This document shows positions 9,811 to 20,310 of a DNA stretch of 64,000 nt, one piece after another. The translations under genes and the position numbers were made by a program. The DNA lies in the NCBI GenBank assembly GCA_000092065.1, contig CP000586.1; one strand, given 5' to 3'. Position 1 is the first letter of the stretch, and each line of letters begins with the position of its first letter. This stretch comes from Ostreococcus lucimarinus. Lineage: Eukaryota. Under the pieces are notes generated by a model that saw only the letters and a program-made list of their open reading frames with translations, did not search any database and had not been told where the DNA came from.

Positions 9811-12438
9811 ATGTCCGCGACCGACGCCGTGGACGAGCGCCAGCGAATCACGCGAAGCGCGCCCACCGCGCACCGCGTCGCCGTCGCCGTGATCGCCGCG
9901 CGCGTCGCGTTCGACCCGCTCGGATTCGGCGGTCGCCGCGCCGGCGTCTGGGAGGACGCCCTCGCGCGCGCGCCGACGCGCGTGGACGAAGACCCGGCGC
10001 GATGCGTGCGCGACGTGCGCGCGGCGCACGCGAAGTGCGCGGTCGACGCGCTCGCGGGCGGAGGGACGCGCGAACGGAGCGCGACGGAGACGACGCGGGC
10101 GCTGCGAGCGGCGCTGGAAGACGCGACGGCGAGCGAGACGAACGAAGACGCGACGGAACGCGCGGCGCGCGATGCGATCGTGCGATGGGGATTGGAGAGG
10201 TTTTTGGACGAATTGATGGAGGTGTCGGAGAGTTTGGACGATTTGGAGGCGTTTTTTGAGGACGCGCGATGCGTGGCGGCGAACGCGCGCGCGGAGGATT
10301 ACGAGGCGGAATACGGATTCGAGACGCGGGACGTCGAGGGGTGGACGCCGATCGGAATGTTTTTGAAGCGGTGTTATCTGGGGTTTAATTTATTGCCGTT
10401 TGAGGCGACGCTGACGTTGCTGGATGAGGTGCGGGCGTACGCGGAGGAGGTCGCGCGGGCAATCCAAGGCGACGAAAACGAGCCGCCGAGCGGGAGAACG
10501 TGCGCGGCGCCGGATGTGCTGACGACGCTCGTCACGCGCGCCGTCGAGGCGTACGATACGCACGCCGTAGATGCCGATCGAGTTTTACCGCCGGAAGCGC
10601 TCGAGGATCTGCGGGATTTGGCGCCCGAAGTGCCGACGCTGCACTACTTGCGTCACGCAGCGGCGTTGCGACGGAAAGATTACCCAGCGGCGGTGGAGCA
10701 TTTACATCGACACTTTGACATCAGCGGCGAGCACAACGAGTTGAGAGCGGATTTAGGAGGCGATAACGTTTTAGTGGGCGGGTTTGAAAGCGCCAACGCC
10801 GGGCGCGAGCGGTTGCAGACGGCGTTATTGGCGCTCGCGTCCACGCAGCTGGCGTTTTCGCACGCGGACGAGGCGACGTTTGCGATTTCCGAAGCCGTGC
10901 GCACGGCGCAGCAGAATGGTGACGAGGCGTCGTTGGCGCACGCTCTCGCGCTCACAACGGCATTGTTGTCGCGAGCACCTTTGGACGCGTCGAGTCATCG
11001 AGCGTCGCACCAAGACGAGCAACTGCCGACGCTGCTCCGACGATTGACGGCGCAAGCGGCGGAGCTGGCGTCGCCGCATCTCATCGCCTACGCCTCGCTC
11101 GCACTCACAAAGTACGCGATCGACAACCCGTCTCGGGCACTTGGGTCACATTCGCACGCGCCCGGCGGTGGTGCCTTGTCTCGCGCGGCTCGAGGTGGCG
11201 TAGACATCGTGACGACGCCGGCGCTCGCGACGCGAAACCTCGTCGACATCGAGTTAACGCGACACTTCACTCAACTCGTCTCCGCCACGCCCGCATCCGC
11301 GGCGTCGTTAGCATTAGCGCGTGAGTCATCGGGTGACGGCGTGCTCGGCGCTGGGAACGATTTGTACCCACCGCCCAAAGGTTTCGCGTCGACGCCGACG
11401 TGTGGGTACACGCTGAGCGCCACGGCGACGGCGCTCAGGAGCTTGACGGGTACTGCGTCTACGCTCGCTGCGGAGGGTTGGAGCACGTATGGGTGCAAAT
11501 ATATCGGTCGACTGTACGCTGTTCGTCAGCTTTACCTCGATCGCGAAGCCTCGGCGGATGAAACCGCGACGAGTTGCGCGACGCTCATCGCTGCGGCGAG
11601 CGAGTGCGAAGGCGTTGAAGCCGCCGACGAAGTGTGTCGACACGTCGAAGAAATATTCGGCAAAGATGGATGCGAAAACAAGTTTTCTGCCCTGGCGTTT
11701 TTAAGGCTACACTACGACCGCGCCGTAGGCGTTGGTTCGTACGCGACCGCGAGACGCGCCGCTCAGCGCATGCTCGCCGTCATCGACGCGAAGTCGGGAG
11801 CAGACAACGCGGCGTACTTTGAAGCGAGGCGGATGAACGCAAACCTGGACAGGCTGATGAAGAACTTCGATGATGCCCAAAAAGAGTTGAACGCACTCAT
11901 CGCTGACGCCGAGAAAGTGAAGGACGAGCACGCGGCGATGTGGGCCAAAATCTCACTCGCCGAGACGCATCTGAGCGCCGGCGCGCCAACGTTGGCGTTG
12001 ATGCGCGCTCTACCGCTCGAGCTCGAAGCGTCCGAAAGTGGTGTCGAGCCGATTCAAACGCGTGCCTTGTGCATAATGTGCGAGTCTTGGCTCGAGCTCG
12101 GAAACTCGCACGCGCAACTCGCGCGCGACGCGTTGGACGCGCGCGCGCTTGAGCTCCTATCGAGCGACGATTTGCGCTTGCAAGCCAGAGCGTACGTCGC
12201 GTGCGCGCGCGCGCTCATCGCCACGACCGTCGATTCTGGTCATGCATCGATCGCATCTCGCGTCATCGATGCCCTCGAGCGCGCTGCGGAGCGTTACGCC
12301 AAGCTCGGCGCCCATCGCGACGCGGCGATGACGTACGCTCGTCTCGCCAAGGCGCGCGCGCGATTCGACATGGATACCGTCGCTGCCGCCGCCAAGTGCC
12401 GCGAACACGCGAACGCCTCGTTATATTTCGCTACGTAG
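9811..12438 (+). CDS. ANAPC5: anaphase-promoting complex subunit 5 (APC5/ANAPC5)-like TPR protein
   Basis: Matches, from memory, to conserved ANAPC5 blocks: GMFLKRCYLGFNLLPFEATLTLL (human GLFLRHMILAYSKLSFSQVFKLY), HYLRHAAALRRKDYPAAVEHLHRHFD (human YLSYLNNLRVQDVFSSTHSLLHYFD) and LASTQLAFSHADEATFAISEAVRTAQQNGDEASLAHAL (human LAALHCRFGHYQQAELALQEAIRIAQESNDHVCLQHCL). The C-terminal TPR-like repeats agree. ATG is at 9811 and TAG at 12436-12438. Confidence 0.65.
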   Translation: MSATDAVDERQRITRSAPTAHRVAVAVIAARVAFDPLGFGGRRAGVWEDALARAPTRVDEDPARCVRDVRAAHAKCAVDALAGGGTRERSATETTRALRAALEDATASETNEDATERAARDAIVRWGLERFLDELMEVSESLDDLEAFFEDARCVAANARAEDYEAEYGFETRDVEGWTPIGMFLKRCYLGFNLLPFEATLTLLDEVRAYAEEVARAIQGDENEPPSGRTCAAPDVLTTLVTRAVEAYDTHAVDADRVLPPEALEDLRDLAPEVPTLHYLRHAAALRRKDYPAAVEHLHRHFDISGEHNELRADLGGDNVLVGGFESANAGRERLQTALLALASTQLAFSHADEATFAISEAVRTAQQNGDEASLAHALALTTALLSRAPLDASSHRASHQDEQLPTLLRRLTAQAAELASPHLIAYASLALTKYAIDNPSRALGSHSHAPGGGALSRAARGGVDIVTTPALATRNLVDIELTRHFTQLVSATPASAASLALARESSGDGVLGAGNDLYPPPKGFASTPTCGYTLSATATALRSLTGTASTLAAEGWSTYGCKYIGRLYAVRQLYLDREASADETATSCATLIAAASECEGVEAADEVCRHVEEIFGKDGCENKFSALAFLRLHYDRAVGVGSYATARRAAQRMLAVIDAKSGADNAAYFEARRMNANLDRLMKNFDDAQKELNALIADAEKVKDEHAAMWAKISLAETHLSAGAPTLALMRALPLELEASESGVEPIQTRALCIMCESWLELGNSHAQLARDALDARALELLSSDDLRLQARAYVACARALIATTVDSGHASIASRVIDALERAAERYAKLGAHRDAAMTYARLAKARARFDMDTVAAAAKCREHANASLYFAT

Positions 12439-12599
12439 CACCGTCTTCCACCCTGCGCTCGCTCACGATTGTAACATAACGAAATGATTTGTACGCTCGT
12501 CTTCGTCTTCGCGCTTCAACCCGACGCCTTACCAACCGTCGTCCCCCATCGTGCGACGCGCGTCCCCGACACGCCTCGCGCGCGCGCCGACGGGCCGCG

Positions 12600-12740
12600 A
12601 TGGGGGACGCCATCGTAGCGGCGACGCAGTTGAATGACGTTCGCGTCATCATCGCGTTGTTCATCGTCGGTGCGACGTCGATCGCGCTGACGCTTCACTG
12701 GGTGCTTCGAACGGTGTTGCCCTGGTTTATAGGACTCGCG
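12600..12740 (+). CDS. SABRE/KIAA0100/Fmp27/Hobbit (BLTP2-type bridge-like lipid transfer protein) homolog, exon 1: N-terminal TM anchor
   Basis: ATG at 12600 encodes MGDAIVAATQLNDVRVIIALFIVGATSIALTLHWVLRTVLPWFIGLA, a hydrophobic N-terminal helix. The exon ends immediately before a GTGCGT donor at 12741. It lies in a different frame from the large downstream ORF. Confidence 0.6.
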
Positions 12741-12900
12741 GTGCGTCATTGCGCGGCTTCGACGCCTCGAAACGGTCGCGCGATTTCCTTTACGTCGATG
12801 CGACGCGCGAAAGGACGGACGGCGCACGATGGCGGCGGAAGATCGATGAATGATTACTCGACGTGGGACAGTCGACTGACGACGCGAATGGCGACGACAG
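12741..12900 (+). other. predicted spliceosomal intron (GT-AG, 160 bp) in SABRE/BLTP2 homolog
   Basis: Donor GTGCGT follows codon GCG (phase 0). Acceptor is …CGACGACAG|GCG with CTGAC about 22 nt upstream. Splicing joins the two frames to give …PWFIGLA|ASFVNRSGLRLSIDSF…, which aligns with the SABRE N-terminus. Confidence 0.55.
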
Positions 12901-15900
12901 GCGAGCTTCGTCAATCGAAGCGGGTTGCGATTGAGTATCGATAGTTTCGGGATCACGAGCGTGCGTGGAGTGAGCGTGAGCTTTAACAAGCCCGGCACGG
13001 CGCTGCGTAGGGTGCAGATTGCGGAGATTGCGTACGTGGGGAACGCGTCGACCATCGTGACGTGGTTGTTGAATTTCGCGTTGCGCAAGGCGAGCGGGAA
13101 GCATTTACGGGATGATTTGCCGCGCGTGGGTGAAAAGAATGGTAAAACCAGAAGTAAAAGTGATGATGGGTTCGCGGAGATGACGCCTCGTGGTAACGAT
13201 AGTCCGTCATCGGATGGAACGCCGGCGAGCGGACGAAGACGGTTCATACGCTTTGGCGTCGGATCGCTCAAGGCGGCGTTCGTGGTGTCGGGCGTAGAAA
13301 TTACGACGCGGAGTAAAGCCGACATAAATACGGAGGATGGGTTGCAAAAGCAGTCGTCTGATTTAGGTCGCGCAAAAATGACGAACACTAAAAAGAAGGC
13401 GATGACGCGCGGCAAGTGGAGATTGATGAAGGGCATCGCGTCCTTTGTCGACATCACGGTCGTATCGCTGACGGTGCGCGAAGAAGATGATGATGACGTC
13501 GACATGTTGTTTTGTGATAAACTCACGTTTGAAGCGTCTGGCAAGGCCGGAGCTTCGCTGAAATTCCTCATCACGGCACGTATGCTGCGAGGCAAGGATG
13601 GTTGGAGCATGACAGACACCAACGTGAACCTCGTCGCGGAGTTTGATTCCGAGACGAAAACTATCGTACCTGTGCACGCGGGATTGAGTGGTTCGACCTT
13701 GTCTCTCGTGAAGCGTGTTGGCGAGCGAGCGAAGAAGATCGAGACGAAAACAGATTTGGCGCCGATTACCGTCAAACAACAGCAAGGTCCGCACAAGGCT
13801 GTGAGGGGTCTACTCAAAGTGCCGAGGAAATGCAAGATAGAATTTAAACGCGTCGTGATGGAGAATAAGAACCAGGAAGCACCGTTGACTGGCGTGATGA
13901 CGCATATGCAATTCTCGGTCGAGAGAGTGAGCGCGTCCAAAAAGGGATTTCGTCTCTTTCGAAAGCAACAGCAAGTCGTCTCGCCGTTTGCCTCCACGGC
14001 GTTCGAGGCGGACGCGTGGGCAGAGGTGAATATGTCCGTGGCGGATGCAAAATTAGTGCATGGAAAGCATCAGACATTAGCTCTCATCAACGCGCCGAGT
14101 GCCTCGGTATTCTTGTCGCTTTCAGAGAAAGCACTCGGCGACGGCGGCAAATTGCCCGCCACCGCAACGTTTACGGTGGATTCGTGCGATTTTAGGCACC
14201 ATGCCGATGCGGCAGATTTAGTCGCTGCGTTAAAGGCGCAGAAAACGAAATCAAGAAACGGCTCCACTAAGTCGACGAACACAAAAAAGAACTCGGCGCC
14301 GTGGGACGTCGTCGATGCGCAGATGATGTGCAAAACGTCGCTATGCGCGAGAATGTACGACGAGCACGGGGCAACATCGTGTCAGTTTCTCACCGAGCAG
14401 ATTCGTGGTCGATATGGAAATTTAGTCGATGAAGGGACGTGTATGCTAGTTAGTTCGAGCGCGTCAGACAAGCGCGGCGTGTGCACGATGTCACGCGTAC
14501 AAGTGACGGTTCCCGGTTACCACCCCGTCGTGCAGATTGAAGCCATCAGCGTTGCGCTATCCGAAGCTGCCGGAAACGCGGTTGAGTTGTCGGAAACTAC
14601 CATCGATTTGAACATGAACGAAGCAGGTGAACTCGCAAAGAAGATTGATGCCGTCGCGAAGCGCGCCAAGGCAACCATGGCGAGCGCAAAAGGCGATTCG
14701 TCTGACAAGGCGACGTCTTCAAATAAGGTGAAGAAATCTACACGCGTCATCTTGGTCGACACAGCGATGCGTGCTCGATGCACGATGACGCCTTACTCGA
14801 CGTTCGGTGAGATACCGCAAAACTCGCGCGGCGATGAGCCTGTAGAGTGCGCGCTCGACATAAGTTGTCCGCTCGCAGAGATGTCGCAGCCGGAGGCAAA
14901 CTTAACGAGAATGGCGGCGGGTGGTTTCACAGTCTCTATGTACGACACCATTCAAAGACCCGCCAAAGCCGAAGAGGCGAAGAAAGATTCGCGGTGGGTC
15001 GGACGAGTCAATTACGAAGAAGTCGCGGTAGAGAACAACCGCGTGATGCTAGTCGGAAGTCTCGATGTTGAGTACAAACAAGGCGCCAACAAGCGCGCGG
15101 CAGTATCCGTGGAAGGCGTCGAATTTGATTGGGAACCGGATGCGCATTTTCTCGCACTAGAAATTTCAAACCTGGCAAAGGCTGCAAAGCCAGCAAAGAT
15201 GTCGACTGACGGTACGCAAAACGCCTCGAAGGATCAAACAAAATTGGATCTTTCGTTTGACGTGCGCAAAGTCAGCGGCTCGTTCTTTGTCACGCCGGGC
15301 GCGTGCGCGCAAGTATCATTTGGACTTATGGACGCGCGCCCACTCGAAAAAACGTGCTGCGTGAGAGATGTGACTTTTGGTATGAACGGATACACGATAA
15401 CGGAGTTAGAATTGATCTCCGTAACTCAAGACGAGTGCGAACGCACGTTGCCTCATGTCGCAGCGATCACACACGAAGACGCCGAAGACATCGCCAGGCG
15501 CCGCAAGTTTCAAATTGTGGTTGAGAAGGCAAAGCTCATGCTTCCCGCAAACTTAGACCTCGGCGACGCCATGGTAGCCATGATTATAGGCGAAGCGGTA
15601 TTCTCCGACGTCGTGAAAACGACTGGGAAGCGCGCAAAGAAGGAGCGAATTTCGTTGGCTGCCAATTTACCCGCCTGCGCCGAATCGTCTCCGTCAAAAC
15701 CGGCGACTGAAATCAATGTCAAGGTCAGCAGTATCGAAATTGAAGTCGAAGACTCGAATGATTTGGAGCGTTTTATGCGTGCAAAGCAAGCTGCATTGGG
15801 ATCTTGCATCGCGGCCGCGGAGTTTACGTCTTCCACTGAAGAGGCGATGCGAAGCATCACCACGACGTATCTCCAGCATAAGGAATTCTTAGCAAACGGC

Positions 15901-18900
15901 GGTGGCTCCGCGTTGCACATGGATATAGGCAGCGTCACCTCTACGGCAGTGTGGGGAGGTGGTAAAGGCGATGGTGATGAGCTCACAGCGAAAGCAGGCG
16001 CGCACGTACGTCGTGTGGATGCTCCGTATAGCGATTCTGTGTCTTTGCAGATGCAAAACGTTTTGACGATGCACACAAGCGTAACCGAAATGCGCGTCTG
16101 CGTGGCGGATTTGACCGCACGTCCTATTTTCATGTGTAGTGAAGCCACGATCGCAGGGACATTTGTGCAGGCTAGACAATACGCCCCGCGCATATTGACG
16201 GGACAAGTTGCCCTCCCTGTCGGACGAAGACGATGGGCGAAGACAAACGGACCCGACACGCCTTCGCGACCGACGGCGATGTGGTACACAGATGCGACTT
16301 TTGACATCAAAGAAGCTGATATATTTGTGGCGACGTGCATTGAGCCGTATTTGTTCAATGTGTCGCGAGAGCTCACGACGAGACTCGTCCTTCCACGCCT
16401 GCACAAGCACATTCCAGGAGGCGGAGGTGGACGTCCGCCGACGAAGGAATACGATCGAAACAATCCCAGACCGCCGAGCATGCCCTGGTGGGATATTTTG
16501 AGAAGTCAGTGGCGCGGATTAATGCGTATAACGATGATTCAGTCCGGTGCGAAGGTGGATAGTCAAGGACAGATTGAGCATCTCGGCGCGCACGGGGGAG
16601 ACTCGTTTGCGAGCGAGCTAGAGATTTTCGCCGACATGTGGGAGTTCGACATGAAGCCGCGCAACGTGGTCATTCGTAGCGCGAACTTCACGATATCAAG
16701 AATTCAAGATGATGAAGAGTGTACCGAAGCTTCGACGCCACGCGCGGATGAACCATCGCCGAAGCATAAGTTGGTCATCTTCCCGGTCATGTGCGTCAAG
16801 GCAGATTACGAATTCAAAGCCCTCCTCGATGGCGGCGATGGTCATCGTACGCACTACAGACACGACTCAACGACTGGAAAGGAGCTTTTCTCCAGAGATT
16901 TGACGCGCTCAAGTGCTTGTTTTGTGAATCTCGATGTCGATCTGGCGTCCATGGAAGAGTTCGTCACGAAAATGGTCAACGCCGCGACCATGGATCGCTT
17001 CGTCGAATACGTGAGAAATCTTACCACTGACGTGCCATCGTTCGAACACCAGGGCCACTATTCGAATCCGACCATAGCGCTGACACCAGATGACGTTGAG
17101 TTCATGAAACAATGGGAACATGGGATGAAGAAGCCAATGGTCGCGCTGCGGTCGATCTGGAACTTGCGACCGTGGGGCGCCCCGCGACGGGTAAAACACC
17201 CAGAATCGATAAGTTTGGTTGACTTGTTCGCAAGCATCGACACTGTCATCACCTCGAGCGTCATTCATGTGGTGAACGCTTCGAGCGACGAGACAGCTAA
17301 TGCGTACGGGGCGTGTTTCTGTCTCAAATCGGTGCATTGCGTCGCGAAAAAAGCGCCTCGGACCAAGGTGGAATTCACCCTGCGAGCAGATTCGTCGCAA
17401 TTCCACGTGCCTGAGCGTGACGGCAGTCTCGAACGTAAGGGATCGAGTCCACGTCGCCTCGCTAATCTTCGCGCTGGATCTATTACCAACAGACTGAACT
17501 TTGCAGAGCTCGACGACGTCGTCAAAGAGATGTTGCAAGGAAGCGCCAAGAGCCCGTCACAGGCAGATGATGGATCGGCTTCGCGCCCGACGTCCACGGA
17601 TCCAACGTTGGTATTAGACACGAAAAGACTCGAGATTACTCAGCGCAATGAAGATTCAGTGGCCAGCCAGGGCATTCAGATCGAAGTTGACGCTCCTCGG
17701 ATCTTAATTGAAGCCGAACAGCGGAACGCTATCCTCGGCTGGATCAACGCCATTTGGACGGCGGCGCAGACGGAAAGACGCGAGCCGACTTGGACCGAGC
17801 TCAATCGCATCCTAAAGTCAGCGGATAAACTGTCGGGAGTGAGTCGACGTCGCCGTGAATTAGACGATATCATGGGCGATGGACCAAGTTTGCACGCGCT
17901 AAGTGCGGAAGAGACGCTCGAAAAGAATTACGAATCACCGAAACGTGCGACGGAAGCTGTTGTGCTCTTCGTCATTCAAATCACCGCTCCGCAAATCAAT
18001 TTTAAGGGCAAAGATGCCGCTGGTCGAATGTTACTCGCAGCCGAAGGCGGACTTGTGGTTGGTAGACGAATGGACGACGGCGGTTCGACGGGTCGTCGTC
18101 TCGTCACGGTATCTTTACAACAAGTTCAAGCGTACGTGGCGCCGACGAACGTCGACTTAAACGCCGGTGTGCAGTGGTTGCGGGAAAATCATTCTTCGGT
18201 GGATGGCATACATACTTCTTTGGTTCGTGACGACGTATTCGAAAGTGGCGACGGTCGCAAAGAATCAGGTTCGCTCTTGCGACGCATTTTCGCTCCAGGT
18301 TCGATGGTTTTTGAGCACGCAAACGCCGTCACAGCGACGCAAAGTCGCATAACCGACGCCGAGTTGTACGCGTACAACGAGCCGACGGAGGCTGATGTTC
18401 AGGCTTTCGGTAAGCGCACGGCGAGCGAGACCAAAGGGGAAGCGGTGAGCCAATTTTCAATGCGTTCTCCCGAAATCGTCGCGGAAATGAATTCGAGCCA
18501 GTACGTTGTTTTGATCGACGTCATGGCGAGCCTATTCTTGACACCAGCGGCTTTGGAGCGTCCTCGACCGAGCTTTCAGGCTTCAAAGGTTTTGATGAGT
18601 CGTGATCGAACGTTGAGTGACACGGTTGCGCTTGAATCTTCAGCTATCGTCGCGAAACCGATGATGAAGTTGATGGCCGCTCGCTGGGCGGTGGAGAGTA
18701 TGGAGAAGAATTATCGCCGCGCGGTCGCTCTGGCGCCGAGCGAAAAGCAGAAAGTCCTTCGTGAAATCGATGTCCTTTGGTCCGCTGCGCAGAAGGCTGA
18801 GTTGCGCGTCCTCGCTGCGGTGCATCAAGCCGAAGAGAACGATAGGCTCTATCGGCGGCACTCCGCGATTCGATTAAGTCTCGAAATCGAACACGCGGCT

Positions 18901-20160
18901 TGGACTTTGTGGCAGGGTGGGAGTCCTTTCATCTCCGCTCAGCTCTCGCGACTGTCGCTTTCGCGCGAACGCCAGGTTGACTCTTCTGGGATGCTGCGAT
19001 TTAAGCTGCACGGTTTAAGTATGGTGTCGCTCGATGAAGGCTGCGTCGATCAGATGTTTTCTCGCTGGATTCCACCGGGAAGCGTGCACGAATCACGCGC
19101 GCGTAACGACGCGCCGTTGATTGACTTTTTCTCCATCCGCGCGGGATCGGCGCCGGAGAAACCGGTATACGACCATTTGGAGCTGAGTGTGCAACCGTTC
19201 GAGGTGGACATCAAGCACTCGCAGTACAAAATGATTTACCAATATCTCTTTCCAATGACGAAGTCCAGCGATCACGACGCGTTTGAGAATGTTTACAGGC
19301 GTCCGGCGCTCGCCAAGAATGCGGAGATGTCGCCGCGCGAGAGCTTGATTCGGGCGCAATCTATAAACGCAAAGGGTGTGCATCTGACGCCGCTTGAATT
19401 GCCGTCGGAGATGTCGGCGTCAAAGCATCGGCGACGATGGCGTTGGAACGAAGAAAAAGATGAAGTTCTCGAAGAGTTTGAAGACGTGCATGCGAAAAAG
19501 GGCGAAAAGGGTATTGATCACAAAACCGTACTTTTGCGCTATTTCAGAATTCATCCTCTGCACATGGAGATGACGTACGAAGGCAAATCACGCGGGTTCA
19601 GAGACTTGCAACTCGGCGTCGACGCCTTTGCGTACGAAAACTTTTCCGGTCGCTGGCGTGACTTGACGTCAGAGCTTAAAAACCACATCGTATGGAGCGT
19701 GTTGAAATCGCTCGTCGGCTTTCGAGGAAAGTTTGTCGAGAGCAAGATCGATGACACGCAGTCCATCTTCATGCGCGTCGCGGAGCGGTTGAAGAAAACT
19801 GCCAACTTGCTCCCGAAGCCCAAACCAGAAACTTCCAGCGGCGCCGAGCACGATTCCGAGTCGGAGACGGCCGTCGACGACCGAATTAAGTCGCAGACGT
19901 CCCAGGCCGAACTCTTTCGCACCGGATGGAACGACGTCGACGTCGATATCGAAGTACCGCGCGGCGATGGTCGAAAAGCGCCGTCGCGACGCTTCTCGAG
20001 GAAGAAGAAGAAACCTCGCCGCATCCGCCCAATCAAAAACACCAAGAAATTCCTCGCCACGGTCGGCATTGGCTCCTACACGCCGAGCGGTGCCGAGGGA
20101 ACGCCTTCTTTGCGCAGCCGCACCGAAGTCATCGACGCGTGGTCCACCCCAAACTTGTAA
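12901..20160 (+). CDS. SABRE/KIAA0100/Fmp27/Hobbit (BLTP2-type bridge-like lipid transfer protein) homolog, exon 2 (main body, ~2419 codons)
   Basis: The continuous 7.2-kb ORF begins ASFVNRSGLRLSIDSFGITSVRGVSVSF, matching the KIAA0100 N-terminus (…KIGSFRFFWIQNVSLKF…) right after the TM helix. The protein has the very large repetitive beta-rich body and C-terminal Apt1/FMP27-like region expected for this family. Total size is about 2466 aa. Acceptor CAG is at 12898-12900 and a CTGAC branch motif sits ~22 nt upstream. TAA is at 20158-20160. Confidence 0.7.
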   Translation, partial: ASFVNRSGLRLSIDSFGITSVRGVSVSFNKPGTALRRVQIAEIAYVGNASTIVTWLLNFALRKASGKHLRDDLPRVGEKNGKTRSKSDDGFAEMTPRGNDSPSSDGTPASGRRRFIRFGVGSLKAAFVVSGVEITTRSKADINTEDGLQKQSSDLGRAKMTNTKKKAMTRGKWRLMKGIASFVDITVVSLTVREEDDDDVDMLFCDKLTFEASGKAGASLKFLITARMLRGKDGWSMTDTNVNLVAEFDSETKTIVPVHAGLSGSTLSLVKRVGERAKKIETKTDLAPITVKQQQGPHKAVRGLLKVPRKCKIEFKRVVMENKNQEAPLTGVMTHMQFSVERVSASKKGFRLFRKQQQVVSPFASTAFEADAWAEVNMSVADAKLVHGKHQTLALINAPSASVFLSLSEKALGDGGKLPATATFTVDSCDFRHHADAADLVAALKAQKTKSRNGSTKSTNTKKNSAPWDVVDAQMMCKTSLCARMYDEHGATSCQFLTEQIRGRYGNLVDEGTCMLVSSSASDKRGVCTMSRVQVTVPGYHPVVQIEAISVALSEAAGNAVELSETTIDLNMNEAGELAKKIDAVAKRAKATMASAKGDSSDKATSSNKVKKSTRVILVDTAMRARCTMTPYSTFGEIPQNSRGDEPVECALDISCPLAEMSQPEANLTRMAAGGFTVSMYDTIQRPAKAEEAKKDSRWVGRVNYEEVAVENNRVMLVGSLDVEYKQGANKRAAVSVEGVEFDWEPDAHFLALEISNLAKAAKPAKMSTDGTQNASKDQTKLDLSFDVRKVSGSFFVTPGACAQVSFGLMDARPLEKTCCVRDVTFGMNGYTITELELISVTQDECERTLPHVAAITHEDAEDIARRRKFQIVVEKAKLMLPANLDLGDAMVAMIIGEAVFSDVVKTTGKRAKKERISLAANLPACAESSPSKPATEINVKVSSIEIEVEDSNDLERFMRAKQAALGSCIAAAEFTSSTEEAMRSITTTYLQHKEFLANGGGSALHMDIGSVTSTAVWGGGKGDGDELTAKAGAHVRRVDAPYSDSVSLQMQNVLTMHTSVTEMRVCVADLTARPIFMCSEATIAGTFVQARQYAPRILTGQVALPVGRRRWAKTNGPDTPSRPTAMWYTDATFDIKEADIFVATCIEPYLFNVSRELTTRLVLPRLHKHIPGGGGGRPPTKEYDRNNPRPPSMPWWDILRSQWRGLMRITMIQSGAKVDSQGQIEHLGAHGGDSFASELEIFADMWEFDMKPRNVVIRSANFTISRIQDDEECTEASTPRADEPSPKHKLVIFPVMCVKADYEFKALLDGGDGHRTHYRHDSTTGKELFSRDLTRSSACFVNLDVDLASMEEFVTKMVNAATMDRFVEYVRNLTTDVPSFEHQGHYSNPTIALTPDDVEFMKQWEHGMKKPMVALRSIWNLRPWGAPRRVKHPESISLVDLFASIDTVITSSVIHVVNASSDETANAYGACFCLKSVHCVAKKAPRTKVEFTLRADSSQFHVPERDGSLERKGSSPRRLANLRAGSITNRLNFAELDDVVKEMLQGSAKSPSQADDGSASRPTSTDPTLVLDTKRLEITQRNEDSVASQGIQIEVDAPRILIEAEQRNAILGWINAIWTAAQTERREPTWTELNRILKSADKLSGVSRRRRELDDIMGDGPSLHALSAEETLEKNYESPKRATEAVVLFVIQITAPQINFKGKDAAGRMLLAAEGGLVVGRRMDDGGSTGRRLVTVSLQQVQAYVAPTNVDLNAGVQWLRENHSSVDGIHTSLVRDDVFESGDGRKESGSLLRRIFAPGSMVFEHANAVTATQSRITDAELYAYNEPTEADVQAFGKRTASETKGEAVSQFSMRSPEIVAEMNSSQYVVLIDVMASLFLTPAALERPRPSFQASKVLMSRDRTLSDTVALESSAIVAKPMMKLMAARWAVESMEKNYRRAVALAPSEKQKVLREIDVLWSAAQKAELRVLAAVHQAEENDRLYRRHSAIRLSLEIEHAAWTLWQGGSPFISAQLSRLSLSRERQVDSSGMLRFKLHGLSMVSLDEGCVDQMFSRWIPPGSVHESRARNDAPLIDFFSIRAGSAPEKPVYDHLELSVQPFEVDIKHSQYKMIYQYLFPMTKSSDHDAFENVYRRPALAKNAEMSPRESLIRAQSINAKGVHLTPLELPSEMSASKHRRRWRWNEEKDEVLEEFEDVHAKKGEKGIDHKTVLLRYFRIHPLHMEMTYEGKSRGFRDLQLGVDAFAYENFSGRWRDLTSELKNHIVWSVLKSLVGFRGKFVESKIDDTQSIFMRVAERLKKTANLLPKPKPETSSGAEHDSESETAVDDRIKSQTSQAELFRTGWNDVDVDIEVPRGDGRKAPSRRFSRKKKKPRRIRPIKNTKKFLATVGIGSYTPSGAEGTPSLRSRTEVIDAWSTPNL

Positions 20161-20163
20161 CGT

Positions 20164-20168
20164 TGTAA
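20164..20168 (+). terminator. TGTAA motif (green-algal-type polyadenylation signal) just 3' of the SABRE/BLTP2 stop
   Basis: taaCGTTGTAATACT follows the TAA. A similar TGTAA overlaps the NCS1 stop on the minus strand (plus 5573-5577), and TTGTAACAC lies 3' of the ABHD17 gene around 3975. The evidence is weak and motif-only. Confidence 0.25.
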
Positions 20169-20310
20169 TACTACTCGCGGCGTCAAACTGCAGAAAGGGG
20201 AACGAGCACGAAAAAGAGACGATTTGTCTCTCCGAGTGCGCAATCGCTCGCCCGGCGTCACTTCGCGCCTCGCGCGCGCGGCGAACGCGCATCCCGAGAC
20301 GAAGCACACG

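Noticed and set aside
12516-13997. 493-aa minus-strand ORF
   Set aside because: It is antisense to the 5' part of the SABRE/BLTP2 gene and has no domain. It is a stop-poor frame in GC-rich DNA.
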